A stretch of 64,000 bases of DNA from Oligoflexales bacterium (GCA_041736175.1 JBGSUI010000191.1:62714-126713), one strand, 5' to 3'; counted from the first letter of the stretch, positions 27,013 through 36,402 are shown. The notes: generated from the letters alone by a model not told the origin. A program made the numbers and translations.

Positions 27013-27303
27013 CGCGCGCAGTTGTGGTCCCAGATTCGGTGACTCCAGAGGTGGAGCCCATTGCCAAAAAATCCAGGTCGGCAATTCCAAGGACCGTTCG
27101 CCTCGAGGTTTGGTCCAGTGATCAGGGCCCTATTTAACAACTCGTAAAGCGCTTGCCGAGCTTTGGCAGCCAGCTGTAAAGACCTTTGACGGTCATTCTC
27201 ATTCTCAAGTGCCTGATTTTGAGCGAAAAAATCTGTGGTCCCGCGCTTGCATAAAAATGTTTAATGCTTTCCCTGCGACCCACAATTTTTAGGAGAGTCA
27301 TCA

Positions 27304-28194
27304 ATGAATCGTCTTGCCCTTTTGTCCCTGTCCGCATTATTGCTGATGCCCGCAGTGGCGTGTCGGAAAACCAATACGACGGCTGATAGCACTTTGCGAG
27401 TCCATGACGCAAAGGTAAACCAGAAAGACCTTCCGCTATGGTGCGAGTCGGGGGTCTCGGACCGAAGCCTCACCAAACTCATGGAGCTTTTCGACAAGTC
27501 ACGTACACGTAAATTAAATACATCCGATCGTTATTACCTGTTTTACGATGAGTTACAGGAAGTAAGCGCACCCTCCTATCCAGAGGACTATGGAAACGTG
27601 ATCAACGTCTTCAGGGATTCGCTTCGGTCCTGGCTCAAGCCGCCGCAGGGCCAGGATGTTTTGTTGGACTTGCGAGAAAAAGGCTGGCACTTTTTTGAAG
27701 TCAACCAGCCCCCAAAGAGAGGGAACGTTCATCTGCGTGTTTACTTCCAGCCGAAAGATTTTGCTTCCTTTCAAGCAATATTTCGCGACTTGGGCGCCGC
27801 GAAAAATCAATGGCTCGTACAGCTTATGGGCCAAGGTAAGTACATCCACGATAAACGGCACCTTGCACGGCGTGACGTCGTTGCGCTTATTTTCACCATG
27901 GATTATCATGATCAGGATAAAGTTTTTAAACAGATCGCTGCGATTACCGAGGGGCGTGTGATTCCGAATCAACCATACCTTGGCCGTCAGATCGTGCCAG
28001 GGGTGCAGGTGCTTCCCATTATCGATGAATTCACGAAGATAAGCGCCACACAGGGCCTACTCTTAGCCATTTTAGACCATTATGTTTGTGCGCTTCCGAC
28101 AAAGGCAAATTTGAAGTTGGTGCTAGAGTCTGAGAAGGTGCAGCGAAGGCTACGCGTGGAGACGCCCCTATGTGCCGCCGGGAGAGCACATTAA
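27304..28194 (+). CDS. Lipoprotein with a possible HopA1-like domain
   Basis: AGGAG RBS, AVAC lipobox; LRVYF...K...RRDVV..F...PYL...I.PGV...S pattern. Confidence 0.65.
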   Translation: MNRLALLSLSALLLMPAVACRKTNTTADSTLRVHDAKVNQKDLPLWCESGVSDRSLTKLMELFDKSRTRKLNTSDRYYLFYDELQEVSAPSYPEDYGNVINVFRDSLRSWLKPPQGQDVLLDLREKGWHFFEVNQPPKRGNVHLRVYFQPKDFASFQAIFRDLGAAKNQWLVQLMGQGKYIHDKRHLARRDVVALIFTMDYHDQDKVFKQIAAITEGRVIPNQPYLGRQIVPGVQVLPIIDEFTKISATQGLLLAILDHYVCALPTKANLKLVLESEKVQRRLRVETPLCAAGRAH

Positions 28195-28255
28195 TCAGCG
28201 GGAGGGGTCCACGGTGCTTTCACTTTGCTCAAGGGTGAACTATGTCTTTTGGATT

Positions 28256-29380
28256 TTAGATCCCATAAACATCTTTGATTTGTTTGCTATCGCCTTTTGT
28301 CATGACATCTACCATAAGGCTTTCGATGGAATAAATGATGGCACTGCGTAGCATTTCGTTATTGTCAGAGGACGGCAACTCGATCTGACTTGCAATCTCC
28401 TGGGTCTTAATCCCCGATTTTTGTACATACCCACACAGCTCCTGGTCTATGCCGCTTGTTTTGCTGATGCCGCATAATGTTCCAATGGCACGGAAACCCA
28501 TGCCAAGGAGTAACAAAGTCCCACCCACAGGATCCTGGGCTAGTACTGCTGATTTTGCCTTATCTAAAAAGGATTTTACTGATGCCGTAGCTTCCTGAGA
28601 ATCTACGGTGACAACCGACTCAAAGTTTTTTCGTAGAGTATTGAGGTTAACGCTAAAAGCCAGATCTTGTGTAAACTTAGATGAAGTCATGCGTGGATGA
28701 AGTCCAAGGGATGGCAAATTGAGACGCTCTCCTGCCTTATAACTCCCATGACCATCCGATCCTGAGGCTATCGCAGCGCTTCGGTACCCTGTTTGGACGA
28801 CCACCGATTGCCCAGAGACGTGGAGCATATTTGCGTTCCAATTTTCGGTCAGTTGGCTGATTTCAAACTTTGTAAGTCTGACATCGATCGCCATTTCTTT
28901 AGGGTGGAGGGGGACAGGCTGCATTGCTTCGTCCTCGGTACCAAAGGGCAAGATGATGCAGCGGCCATAGTTGATTTTCCAAGCAAGCCCCTGAAGGAGT
29001 GGACGCGGAATCACACTGAGCTGTGTGTAGTTGAGGTAGTACTGGACGATGCCTGAGGTGCAGGCTTCGTGGAGAGTGGGATTTAGTTTTGTAGAGTCTT
29101 CTGCCAAGGACATAATCGAAAGCCCTAGGTCTTTGATCATGGTTGGTTTTGGAATCCGGAGGATGAGCGTAAAGCAGTGACCTGGTTTAAAGACTTGGTT
29201 TTTTGCGCACCAATCGCGATCGTAGGCGGCTGTTTTTTCAGCTGAAACAACAGAATCTAAGGGTGAATCGGACGGACTTAGGGAACCACGGCAGCCGGTA
29301 AGTGCCAGGAAGAGGCTGGTAGTAGAGCTGATCAAGGTCAGATTCAGGGGGGATGTCATACCATTTCCATTCAGCTTCAA
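28256..29380 (-). CDS. Hypothetical lipoprotein
   Basis: LTGC lipobox; several paired Cys; 374-aa ORF. The start may be the downstream ATG (MTSPL). Confidence 0.75.
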   Translation of the reverse strand: MKLNGNGMTSPLNLTLISSTTSLFLALTGCRGSLSPSDSPLDSVVSAEKTAAYDRDWCAKNQVFKPGHCFTLILRIPKPTMIKDLGLSIMSLAEDSTKLNPTLHEACTSGIVQYYLNYTQLSVIPRPLLQGLAWKINYGRCIILPFGTEDEAMQPVPLHPKEMAIDVRLTKFEISQLTENWNANMLHVSGQSVVVQTGYRSAAIASGSDGHGSYKAGERLNLPSLGLHPRMTSSKFTQDLAFSVNLNTLRKNFESVVTVDSQEATASVKSFLDKAKSAVLAQDPVGGTLLLLGMGFRAIGTLCGISKTSGIDQELCGYVQKSGIKTQEIASQIELPSSDNNEMLRSAIIYSIESLMVDVMTKGDSKQIKDVYGI

Positions 29381-29459
29381 TAGGTTTATCCTGTGCTGAC
29401 CGATTCAGCACACAGAGACCTCTGCAAAAAAAGCTCCAAGATCTAGCTAAAAAGTCTAA

Positions 29460-30218
29460 TTATTTGTTTAGTGGGCTCAAATTACAAATAATTTTATACC
29501 CTCGGGCGATCGGTAGGTCGCTTTTGTTGTTGAGGGTAATGGTTTCTCGGAGGGTGTTGCCTTTAATCTTGTATTCCACTTTTTGTTCTTTGATCTCTTG
29601 GGATGAAGCCCGTAAATCTGCTACAGTATGGAGTCCTTGGGCACTGAGTCCGTCACGGCTTATTTTGAGGTTTCGGACGGCTCCGGAGATGTTTTCGGTC
29701 TTATGAATGGGTAAAAGACGATACTCCCTTATCACTTCGTCTTTGATGGGGAGGATGCAGTTTTCGTCGCTATAGTACTCCAAAATCTTTTTTTCTAATT
29801 TGTAGCTTCCGCTTTCTCCAGAATCGCTTTTACGGAAATAAAAACTTTCTATCTTTGAGTACGCTTTTGCAGCCCAATTTTCCCCTTTTGGTGCAGCCTT
29901 AAGTCTGGAGTCGAACTCCAAATAGGTAGGGCAGCACCCATGCCAACGGACCTTGTCGATATTGTCGGGGGATAGGCTGGGGTTTGTGTTTAGGGTTTGG
30001 TCATACTGTTCAAGGTTTTGACGGGAGGGGTCTGGATGATCGGATGATTCGGCAGTCTTTTCGGTCGGTGAATTTTTAGAGGTAAAACCGCTATCATTGC
30101 AGGCATAGGTGCAGAATCCCAAGAAAAAAATTGAACCAGCCATTTTAATTTTAGAAGTCATTGGTTTTTGCAGTGGCCTCGCTGTTTGATATCTTATGGA
30201 AATAGCTGCAAAAATCAT
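29460..30218 (-). CDS. Hypothetical lipoprotein
   Basis: Hydrophobic segment ending TYAC-ND; AT-richer than neighbours. True start probably MTSKIK or MAGSI. Confidence 0.65.
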   Translation of the reverse strand: MIFAAISIRYQTARPLQKPMTSKIKMAGSIFFLGFCTYACNDSGFTSKNSPTEKTAESSDHPDPSRQNLEQYDQTLNTNPSLSPDNIDKVRWHGCCPTYLEFDSRLKAAPKGENWAAKAYSKIESFYFRKSDSGESGSYKLEKKILEYYSDENCILPIKDEVIREYRLLPIHKTENISGAVRNLKISRDGLSAQGLHTVADLRASSQEIKEQKVEYKIKGNTLRETITLNNKSDLPIARGYKIICNLSPLNK

Positions 30219-30276
30219 TCCCCTTGACCCAAGTTAAGAGAGACCTGAAGTCAAATCTTTTTGGTCCCTTACTTGC

Positions 30277-30948
30277 TCACCACCTAAGACGCCAGTGGGC
30301 TAAAGTGAATGTAGGATTTTTGAGAGCCTGCTGCCGCCTATCTTTAAACGCCTCTGGCTCGTATTTTTCCATGGCTTTTTGTTTGTAGGGCTTGCTGTAC
30401 TGGCTCAATCCTACATAAGCTGCGATAGAAAACGGAAGGTAGGCGATCAGCGGAATTTTGGTGTTCTTTGCGATGTGACTCCAGTCTCCTCCATAGCCGA
30501 TCAGGTCTGAAAGGACATACATAGGCCACTCGATGGTTTGGAGGTCTATCATCGTCTCAAACATTTTTCTGTTGTGTTCATTGTCGATCCTCGGCAAGAG
30601 GGGAGCCGTGGCTAAGACACCGATGATGGAAAATCCGGTCCCCATGACCGATATGAGGGTCCCGGCAGATTTGGTTGACAAAAAGGGTAAGATTCCCTTT
30701 GACGTGCGACCACCGACGATGACGCATCCAGGGCGAAAGTTTGCGCCACACATGGAAGGGTAGGGCTGAAAGGAAATCACCTCGAAGCCTCCAGCTTTTG
30801 CGGTGAGAGCATGTCCGGTCTCATGCCAAAAAATGCTGCCTATAATCCCGGTCACGGGACTCACACTAGGATCTATAGCCCAGGCACGGCCCGTGGTCAT
30901 AGATAGTATCGTTAGAAGGCTGAACATTTGGCGCAAGAAAGGCGTCAT
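30277..30948 (-). CDS. Membrane-associated HExxH metalloprotease-like protein (M50/M50B-like)
   Basis: Signal peptide ending AWA; WHETGH within a hydrophobic helix; later hydrophobic helices and GGDW. Confidence 0.65.
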   Translation of the reverse strand: MTPFLRQMFSLLTILSMTTGRAWAIDPSVSPVTGIIGSIFWHETGHALTAKAGGFEVISFQPYPSMCGANFRPGCVIVGGRTSKGILPFLSTKSAGTLISVMGTGFSIIGVLATAPLLPRIDNEHNRKMFETMIDLQTIEWPMYVLSDLIGYGGDWSHIAKNTKIPLIAYLPFSIAAYVGLSQYSKPYKQKAMEKYEPEAFKDRRQQALKNPTFTLAHWRLRW

Positions 30949-30967
30949 AGAGGTCTCAAGATAGCGG

Positions 30968-32980
30968 TTATTGCGGGAGTCTTGTCAGACGGATAAAAAG
31001 ATCGAGGATAGGCCCATGAAGTGCAGGGTCGGCAAAAAAAGGTTTGCTTGCAAAAAACCAAAAATGGACTTTCTTTGATTTCCCCTCGTCTTGAACTCCT
31101 AGCCAACAGGTCTGATTTTGTGGCTCAGGCAGAACACCCTCTTTTTTAAGCGTCTGGATTTCATCGTCTGTTGGTGACCAAGGAGAAAGTCCAGTGGAGC
31201 AGGATGCCAGAGCTTTCTTTAGGATGGGTGGGAGTTCTCCATCGGGGTTAGAGTCGTCCAAGGTGGTCTCAAAAGCCAAGTCTTGCCCCGAGGGTGAGGT
31301 TTTCCAACTCATAAGGGTGGTCGTTTTATCATCCAGGTTGATCCCAAGTTGGCCTGTGGTCATCCCCCAGTCGAGAAACTTTGGACCGAGTTTTTTTGAG
31401 ACTTGAATCCTAGATGTTCCTAAAGACACAAAAATTAGGGCTTCGTTAAGGCTCAACATAAGGTTTTGGGACCCATCCTTCCACTCGGGGAGAGACTGGT
31501 CTGCTGGGAGATCAAGGGAAAGAAGGGGGTCATCGTCAAGACTAAGAGGATCCACAGGAGGGTCCACAAGAGGATCCATGACATGATCTATCACGGGATC
31601 TATTACAGGATCTTCCAATGGGGGTTCAACAATGTCCGCCTCGGCTGGAACCTCTGGGATAGGATTAAGGCTGTCTAATTCCCCTATGGCATCATCGAGA
31701 AGATCGGGACTGACTAGGGACGCCTCGTGGTTTTCCAGGGAGAGGCTAGCATCATCTACACTTAGATCAGGCTCTGTAAGATCAGGCTCTGTAAGATCAG
31801 GCTCCGTAATCTCAGAATCCATAAAGTCTGAATCTGTCAGGTCTCCGGCTGGTGGTTCTTCTAAAGGCTCTGGGGACGCTAAGGCTGTGAGGTCGTCTAA
31901 ATCATCTTTTGTTGCAAGAGAGGCCTCTTCGTTGGCTCCTGCAATCGCGTCAAGATCGAGATCCTGATCACCCCCATCACTCCCATCATCTCCATCACCC
32001 CCATCATCTCCAAGACTATCAAGCAGTCCCTCTACGGGGGCCTCACCTTCCTCGGCTTCAAATTCACCGTCAAGATCAAAATCCCCAAGTTCGTCGGACT
32101 CGCTGAGGGTGTTGACATCGATTTTAGGAATCCCCGCGCCGCTCGGTGTAGGCCCCACGGCGAGGCTTTCCTCAACAGGTTCTTCAAAGGGTTCGGAATC
32201 ATCCACTCCAGTAGGAGCCGGAGCTTTATCGTCGGGATCCTCTAGATCTAAACCACCGAGGTCATCGTCGATGTCCAAGCCTTCAACTAATTCGTCACTC
32301 GCAGGTTCTGGAGTCTTCCTCGGGGCCACCGGAGTGGGTGGAGGTGCTTTAGGACTGGTGGCCGTAAAAGCCTGGCTGATGTCGGAGGGAGTGGAGGGTG
32401 GGGACGGGGTGGGGGATTCAGGCTGGGGTGGGGCGACCACTCCAAGTCTTTTTATGGGCACGGAGATGTTTTCTCGAATGGCGATCCGGCGACTAGCAGC
32501 GGCTGCATGGTTTTCGATAAAGTTTTCGAGGGTGGAATGTCTAGGATGGTAGCTTTGGATCATTTTTTTCAGACAGCTTCTGATTTGCGACTGGGTTGAA
32601 ATGACGGGATGGACTTTGAGTTCGGAAAAAAACTCCAACTGATTGATGGTCTCCAGGTCTAAAGGATCCACCATAGCCACGTGAATGGTTTTTTGGTCCC
32701 GTTTAAGGGGAAACACTTCGAGGAGTTGCAAGAGGGCACTATCAAAGATCGTCCATACATCTTGATTACTTTCGGAGAAGAGATCCTTTTTAGCGATCTT
32801 CCAGCGGGTTTTTTCTGCCAAAAAAGAGGCCAGTTCGTTTTCGTCGAGGAGGCCCATGGCTAAGACTCCTCGGGCAAAAGCAGCTCCCCCCTGTCCACTG
32901 ATTTGGCGGACAGTCCTCCGATCTGATTCCGTCAGAAGCCCTTCGCTTACGAGCATTGCTCCGAGTTGGGATGTACCCAT
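30968..32980 (-). CDS. MshEN/T2SSE_N (GspE/PilB N-terminal) domain protein with a long acidic disordered region and no ATPase
   Basis: QLGAMLVSEGLL, VFPL, VAMVDPLD...LEF motifs; Pro-rich then D/E-rich linker; no Walker motifs. Confidence 0.8.
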   Translation of the reverse strand: MGTSQLGAMLVSEGLLTESDRRTVRQISGQGGAAFARGVLAMGLLDENELASFLAEKTRWKIAKKDLFSESNQDVWTIFDSALLQLLEVFPLKRDQKTIHVAMVDPLDLETINQLEFFSELKVHPVISTQSQIRSCLKKMIQSYHPRHSTLENFIENHAAAASRRIAIRENISVPIKRLGVVAPPQPESPTPSPPSTPSDISQAFTATSPKAPPPTPVAPRKTPEPASDELVEGLDIDDDLGGLDLEDPDDKAPAPTGVDDSEPFEEPVEESLAVGPTPSGAGIPKIDVNTLSESDELGDFDLDGEFEAEEGEAPVEGLLDSLGDDGGDGDDGSDGGDQDLDLDAIAGANEEASLATKDDLDDLTALASPEPLEEPPAGDLTDSDFMDSEITEPDLTEPDLTEPDLSVDDASLSLENHEASLVSPDLLDDAIGELDSLNPIPEVPAEADIVEPPLEDPVIDPVIDHVMDPLVDPPVDPLSLDDDPLLSLDLPADQSLPEWKDGSQNLMLSLNEALIFVSLGTSRIQVSKKLGPKFLDWGMTTGQLGINLDDKTTTLMSWKTSPSGQDLAFETTLDDSNPDGELPPILKKALASCSTGLSPWSPTDDEIQTLKKEGVLPEPQNQTCWLGVQDEGKSKKVHFWFFASKPFFADPALHGPILDLFIRLTRLPQ
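31764..31808. repeat. 15-bp tandem repeat x3 (coding, TEPDL)
   Basis: agatcaggctctgta x2 plus agatcaggctccgta. Confidence 0.9.
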
Positions 32981-33298
32981 TGATTTTTTGGGACCTCAAA
33001 AAAAAGGGGGCAGACTATTAAACGTGTGTAGGTGAGGAGTTGTGAGGGGGACTTTTCGTATTTTATCATAATTGGGGTAAGCTGTGGCAAGATTTCATCC
33101 CTACAACTAACCATCTGAAATAACAAAACTAAGAGGTGCCTTTAGGGCTTATATGGGGCCCCTAAAAGAGAACCTCTAAAAAATTATGGCCTTTGCAACC
33201 CAGTTTCAGGGATTTACAATGGTCCCCAATCCTTACCAAGCATTGACGCTCGGCAGGAAGGGCTATAGCGGCAACCTTTTTTTGCAATAGGGTGATTC

Positions 33299-34189
33299 AT
33301 GACTTCGAAAGAAAAACTCCACGAACAGGAACTTAAACGACCGGATCCCCTTCAGGTCAAGTTAGCGCGGATTCTTGACAGTATTTTAAGCAATGGGAAG
33401 ATCATTGCTGGGATCGCCGTGGCAGGGTGTCTTGTGGTCGGTGGGTATTATGTTTACGAGCAAATCACCACAAATATACGGGAGGGTCGCGTTGAAGAGC
33501 TGAGTAAGATTCAAATTGTTTATGCTGGCGAAGAAAAACAAGCGGCTGACAAACGTCAGGAGATTCAAAAAAAGATTGATGCCTTGACTCCTCCCCCTAA
33601 ATCTCCGGAGGGACAAGCGACACCTCCAGCGACTGAGCCTCTTAAGCCCGAGGTTGAAGCCCAAAAAAAGGAGCTGACCAAACAGATGGAAGCCATCAAG
33701 GCCGATCATGGCATCTCCCAGGGGCAGTTTCAGGGTTTTGCTAAAAAATACGAAACCCAACCTGAAGGTTGGGCTGCTGCTATGATTTTAGGCAAACTTC
33801 TTGTGGACGGGGAAAAATACAGCGAGGCCAAGAATGTTTATGAAACTCTGCTCACCCAGACCAAACAGGAGCCTTTTTATCAAATACAAACTGTATTTGG
33901 TTTGGTTGGGGTTTACGAGGAGCTAGGAGAGTTTGACAAAGGACTGGCAGAAGTCGACAAGCTGATCAATCTTATGGCTGGGAGTAAGGATACTTCGACG
34001 ACCACACAGGCACTTTTTTCTGGTTATAAGAGCGATCTTATGCCAAAACTTCTCTTGTCTAAGGCTCAGCTCCTCGTGTTTAAAGGCAACAAAGACGAAG
34101 CCCGAAAAACCTTGGCAGAACTGATTGAGCAACATGGAACAGCGGCTGCCGCCCAAAAGGCGAGGACGATGAGATCGCTTATCAACTAA
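33299..34189 (+). CDS. YfgM-like membrane-anchored TPR protein
   Basis: N-terminal ELKRPD, single TM, TPR-like helices; directly upstream of a BamB-like gene as in yfgM-bamB. Confidence 0.75.
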   Translation: MTSKEKLHEQELKRPDPLQVKLARILDSILSNGKIIAGIAVAGCLVVGGYYVYEQITTNIREGRVEELSKIQIVYAGEEKQAADKRQEIQKKIDALTPPPKSPEGQATPPATEPLKPEVEAQKKELTKQMEAIKADHGISQGQFQGFAKKYETQPEGWAAAMILGKLLVDGEKYSEAKNVYETLLTQTKQEPFYQIQTVFGLVGVYEELGEFDKGLAEVDKLINLMAGSKDTSTTTQALFSGYKSDLMPKLLLSKAQLLVFKGNKDEARKTLAELIEQHGTAAAAQKARTMRSLIN

Positions 34190-34223
34190 AACGAGTCAAG
34201 ATTTAAGAGAGAAGTCTAAGAAA

Positions 34224-35435
34224 ATGAAACTTTTATCCCTGCGAACCTCTCAGGTTACTATTTTGATCTTGTTGGTTGCGGCTGGTCTGATGGAAGGTGG
34301 GCAATGGTCCGTGGCCTACGCCGTGACAGGCCCTAACCAGGCGCTCCCCACGTTCTATAAGCCAAATCGCCCCCCGAGGCTAGGCTTTACGAGCCTTAAT
34401 CCTTACCTAGACCGTGTGAAACCACTGGCTCCTATCGATACGGCTGGACTTACTTACAACTCAGGAATCTTGATCGGCGCGGTCGACGATCGTTGGGTGA
34501 TGGGCATGACTTTTAACACTCACAAAGACCTGTGGTGGCTCGATGGGGAAACCACTATGACGGCGCCGCCTGGCTCTTTTGGAAGCCATGTCATGCTTGG
34601 ATTTCGCGATGGGATCATCAAAAAAATTGAGGTTTTGACCGGAAAAGTGGTCTGGAGCACTCGGCTAGATGGGTTTTCCGAAAGTGGGTTTGCCCTTTCC
34701 GGCACCAAAATCTATGTCTTGACGAGTTCGCAGGTGCTCCATGCCCTGGATTTTCAAACGGGACAAATTCTCTGGGTCTATGACGGCGGTTTTCCCCAAG
34801 GGCTCTCCATCAGAGGCCGCACTAAACCCCTCGTCCATGATGGTAAAGTCTATATAGGTGTTTCAACAGGCGAGGTCCATTGCGTCGACGGAGAGACTGG
34901 AAAGCTTGATTGGCGCCACAACCCGGAATTTTTAGAGGGGCAGTTCCATGATTTTGTTGGGGACTTGGTTGTGAGAGACAATGGCCTTATCTTTACAAGA
35001 TATGATGGGCTGGTGGGATCAATCGACCTTAAGGGGCCGGCTCGAAATCTCCTCTGGAGAGATGTTCTCCCGAGCCTTTCAAGCTCTTTGGTCCGGGGGA
35101 ATCGGATCTATCTGGGAGGGGTGAATGGTGATGTGTTGGCCAAGGAACTTGGCTCGAAAGAGTCCCAGTTTGTCTGGCGATACAGCTCGGGATTGGCCAT
35201 CTCCTCGATCGTAGTCAGTGAGGATCTCGTCATTGCTATAGGAGCTAAAGGACGGCTTTCTGGACTCTCTGCGAATGATGGGAGCCTCTTATGGCACGAT
35301 GATCTTGAAGGTTCCCTTGAGACCCTTCCCCTCTTTATCGATCGGACTCTTTATTTTGCGACGGGCTTTAAGAATCTTTATGGATTTCATTTGTCCCAAG
35401 GGAGCCAGACCTCTGGGGACGCCCAAGGGGATTAG
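34224..35435 (+). CDS. bamB: PQQ-type beta-propeller protein, BamB-like
   Basis: Repeated A(L/V)D..TG...W motifs (TGKVVW, TGQILW, TGKLDW, DGSLLW); signal peptide without an obvious lipobox Cys. Confidence 0.75.
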   Translation: MKLLSLRTSQVTILILLVAAGLMEGGQWSVAYAVTGPNQALPTFYKPNRPPRLGFTSLNPYLDRVKPLAPIDTAGLTYNSGILIGAVDDRWVMGMTFNTHKDLWWLDGETTMTAPPGSFGSHVMLGFRDGIIKKIEVLTGKVVWSTRLDGFSESGFALSGTKIYVLTSSQVLHALDFQTGQILWVYDGGFPQGLSIRGRTKPLVHDGKVYIGVSTGEVHCVDGETGKLDWRHNPEFLEGQFHDFVGDLVVRDNGLIFTRYDGLVGSIDLKGPARNLLWRDVLPSLSSSLVRGNRIYLGGVNGDVLAKELGSKESQFVWRYSSGLAISSIVVSEDLVIAIGAKGRLSGLSANDGSLLWHDDLEGSLETLPLFIDRTLYFATGFKNLYGFHLSQGSQTSGDAQGD

Positions 35436-35592
35436 GTTTTAAATTTAGTGCAAACAGGACCTTGAAAAGTATCAAGTTGGGTGGCTCGTTTTTAAAAAAT
35501 AATTCTTGTCGGACCACCAAATCTCAAGTAGACCTTTGTGAGTTAAGTTTCGCGAAACGAGCGTCTAAACCGATCTTTCTATGAGGTTTTCA

Positions 35593-35886
35593 ATGAAAAG
35601 CATGTTCCTTACTGTCGGTGTTTTGATGAGTGCAACTATCGGTTCAACCCTTGCTTCAGGCTTTGCCTATCCCCGGATCCGCAATCCTGGTACAGAAAGA
35701 ATCTGCGCCGATCCTCAATTGTTCGAAAGTCTTGCTGCAGGACTTCTGTGCCGCAACTATTACAACAATAATACCTGGAACGGCGCTGGTGGGCGTTTCA
35801 TTGTAGAGCCAGGATATTATGACCGTGGATATCGTTCTGAAGACAGTGCAGAACGCAGCTTTGATCGCCTAGGTAACAACAACTAA
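35593..35886 (+). CDS. Small secreted protein with a Cys pair, rich in Tyr/Asn/Gly/Arg
   Basis: GAGG RBS, Sec signal MKSMFLTVGVLMSATIGSTLA, own terminator. Confidence 0.75.
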   Translation: MKSMFLTVGVLMSATIGSTLASGFAYPRIRNPGTERICADPQLFESLAAGLLCRNYYNNNTWNGAGGRFIVEPGYYDRGYRSEDSAERSFDRLGNNN

Positions 35887-35906
35887 ATCTGGCGAAATCG
35901 TAGAAA

Positions 35907-35949
35907 GGGGTGGCAAAAACCAGATTTTTTGCCACCCCTATCTCTTTTT
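35907..35949 (+). terminator. Intrinsic terminator
   Basis: GGGGTGGCAAAAA-loop-TTTTTGCCACCCC followed by TATCTCTTTTT. Confidence 0.85.
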
Positions 35950-36132
35950 GGATCGGCGATCCATAGGCCAGGTTCCAATATTTTGGACTAAAATTTATTA
36001 AGAATATATAAATTTAAAAAATATTTATAATTTTTTGTAAAAAATAACTTGATAAACGACAAATCATTTGTTAAAGTCCTTCCATACAAATGGTCGTCCG
36101 TGACCACTAACAACTCAATCTGGAGAATTCAC

Positions 36133-36402
36133 ATGACACTCAAGACAGCAATGATCAGCCTTTCCCTCGCAGCTCTCACCTCCACTGCAGCCCTTGCTAA
36201 CCGTCCTACCTGGAGAGGCGGCGGCGACGCCACCTGGGACAACCGATTTGACTCCCGCGCTGACACCAGCAACAATCCTTTCTCTAAAGGAAGCGGCTCA
36301 ACCACCTGGGACAGCCGATTTGACGAACGCTCCACCAACACCTCTGGCAAAAGCTTCAGAGGCGGCCGAAGCGAAACCTACGATCCTCGTTTTGGTTTCT
36401 AA
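36133..36402 (+). CDS. Small secreted repeat peptide (3x T[WY]DxRF)
   Basis: GGAG RBS, Sec signal ending ALA, 89 aa; DNA repeat cacctgggaca(a/g)ccgatttgac at 36231 and 36303, 72 nt apart. Confidence 0.85.
   Translation: MTLKTAMISLSLAALTSTAALANRPTWRGGGDATWDNRFDSRADTSNNPFSKGSGSTTWDSRFDERSTNTSGKSFRGGRSETYDPRFGF

Noticed and set aside
26805..27140. 111-aa ORF as an intact HigB
   Set aside because: The N-terminal ~65 residues are not HigB-like and there is no RBS; treated as a pseudogene.
26450..30950. Prophage or IS element
   Set aside because: No integrase, transposase, phage structural genes or terminal repeats were seen.
32385..32435. G-run cluster as a regulatory G-quadruplex
   Set aside because: Explained by Pro codons of the minus-strand gene.
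36231..36325. Two 22-bp direct repeats 72 nt apart as a mini-CRISPR
   Set aside because: Only two copies, in frame within a signal-peptide ORF; the third copy is conserved at protein level only.
36133..36402. Assignment to a known RiPP class (graspetide, lasso, triceptide)
   Set aside because: It has a Sec signal rather than a leader, lacks class motifs, and no ATP-grasp, radical SAM, YcaO or lasso cyclase gene is in the window.
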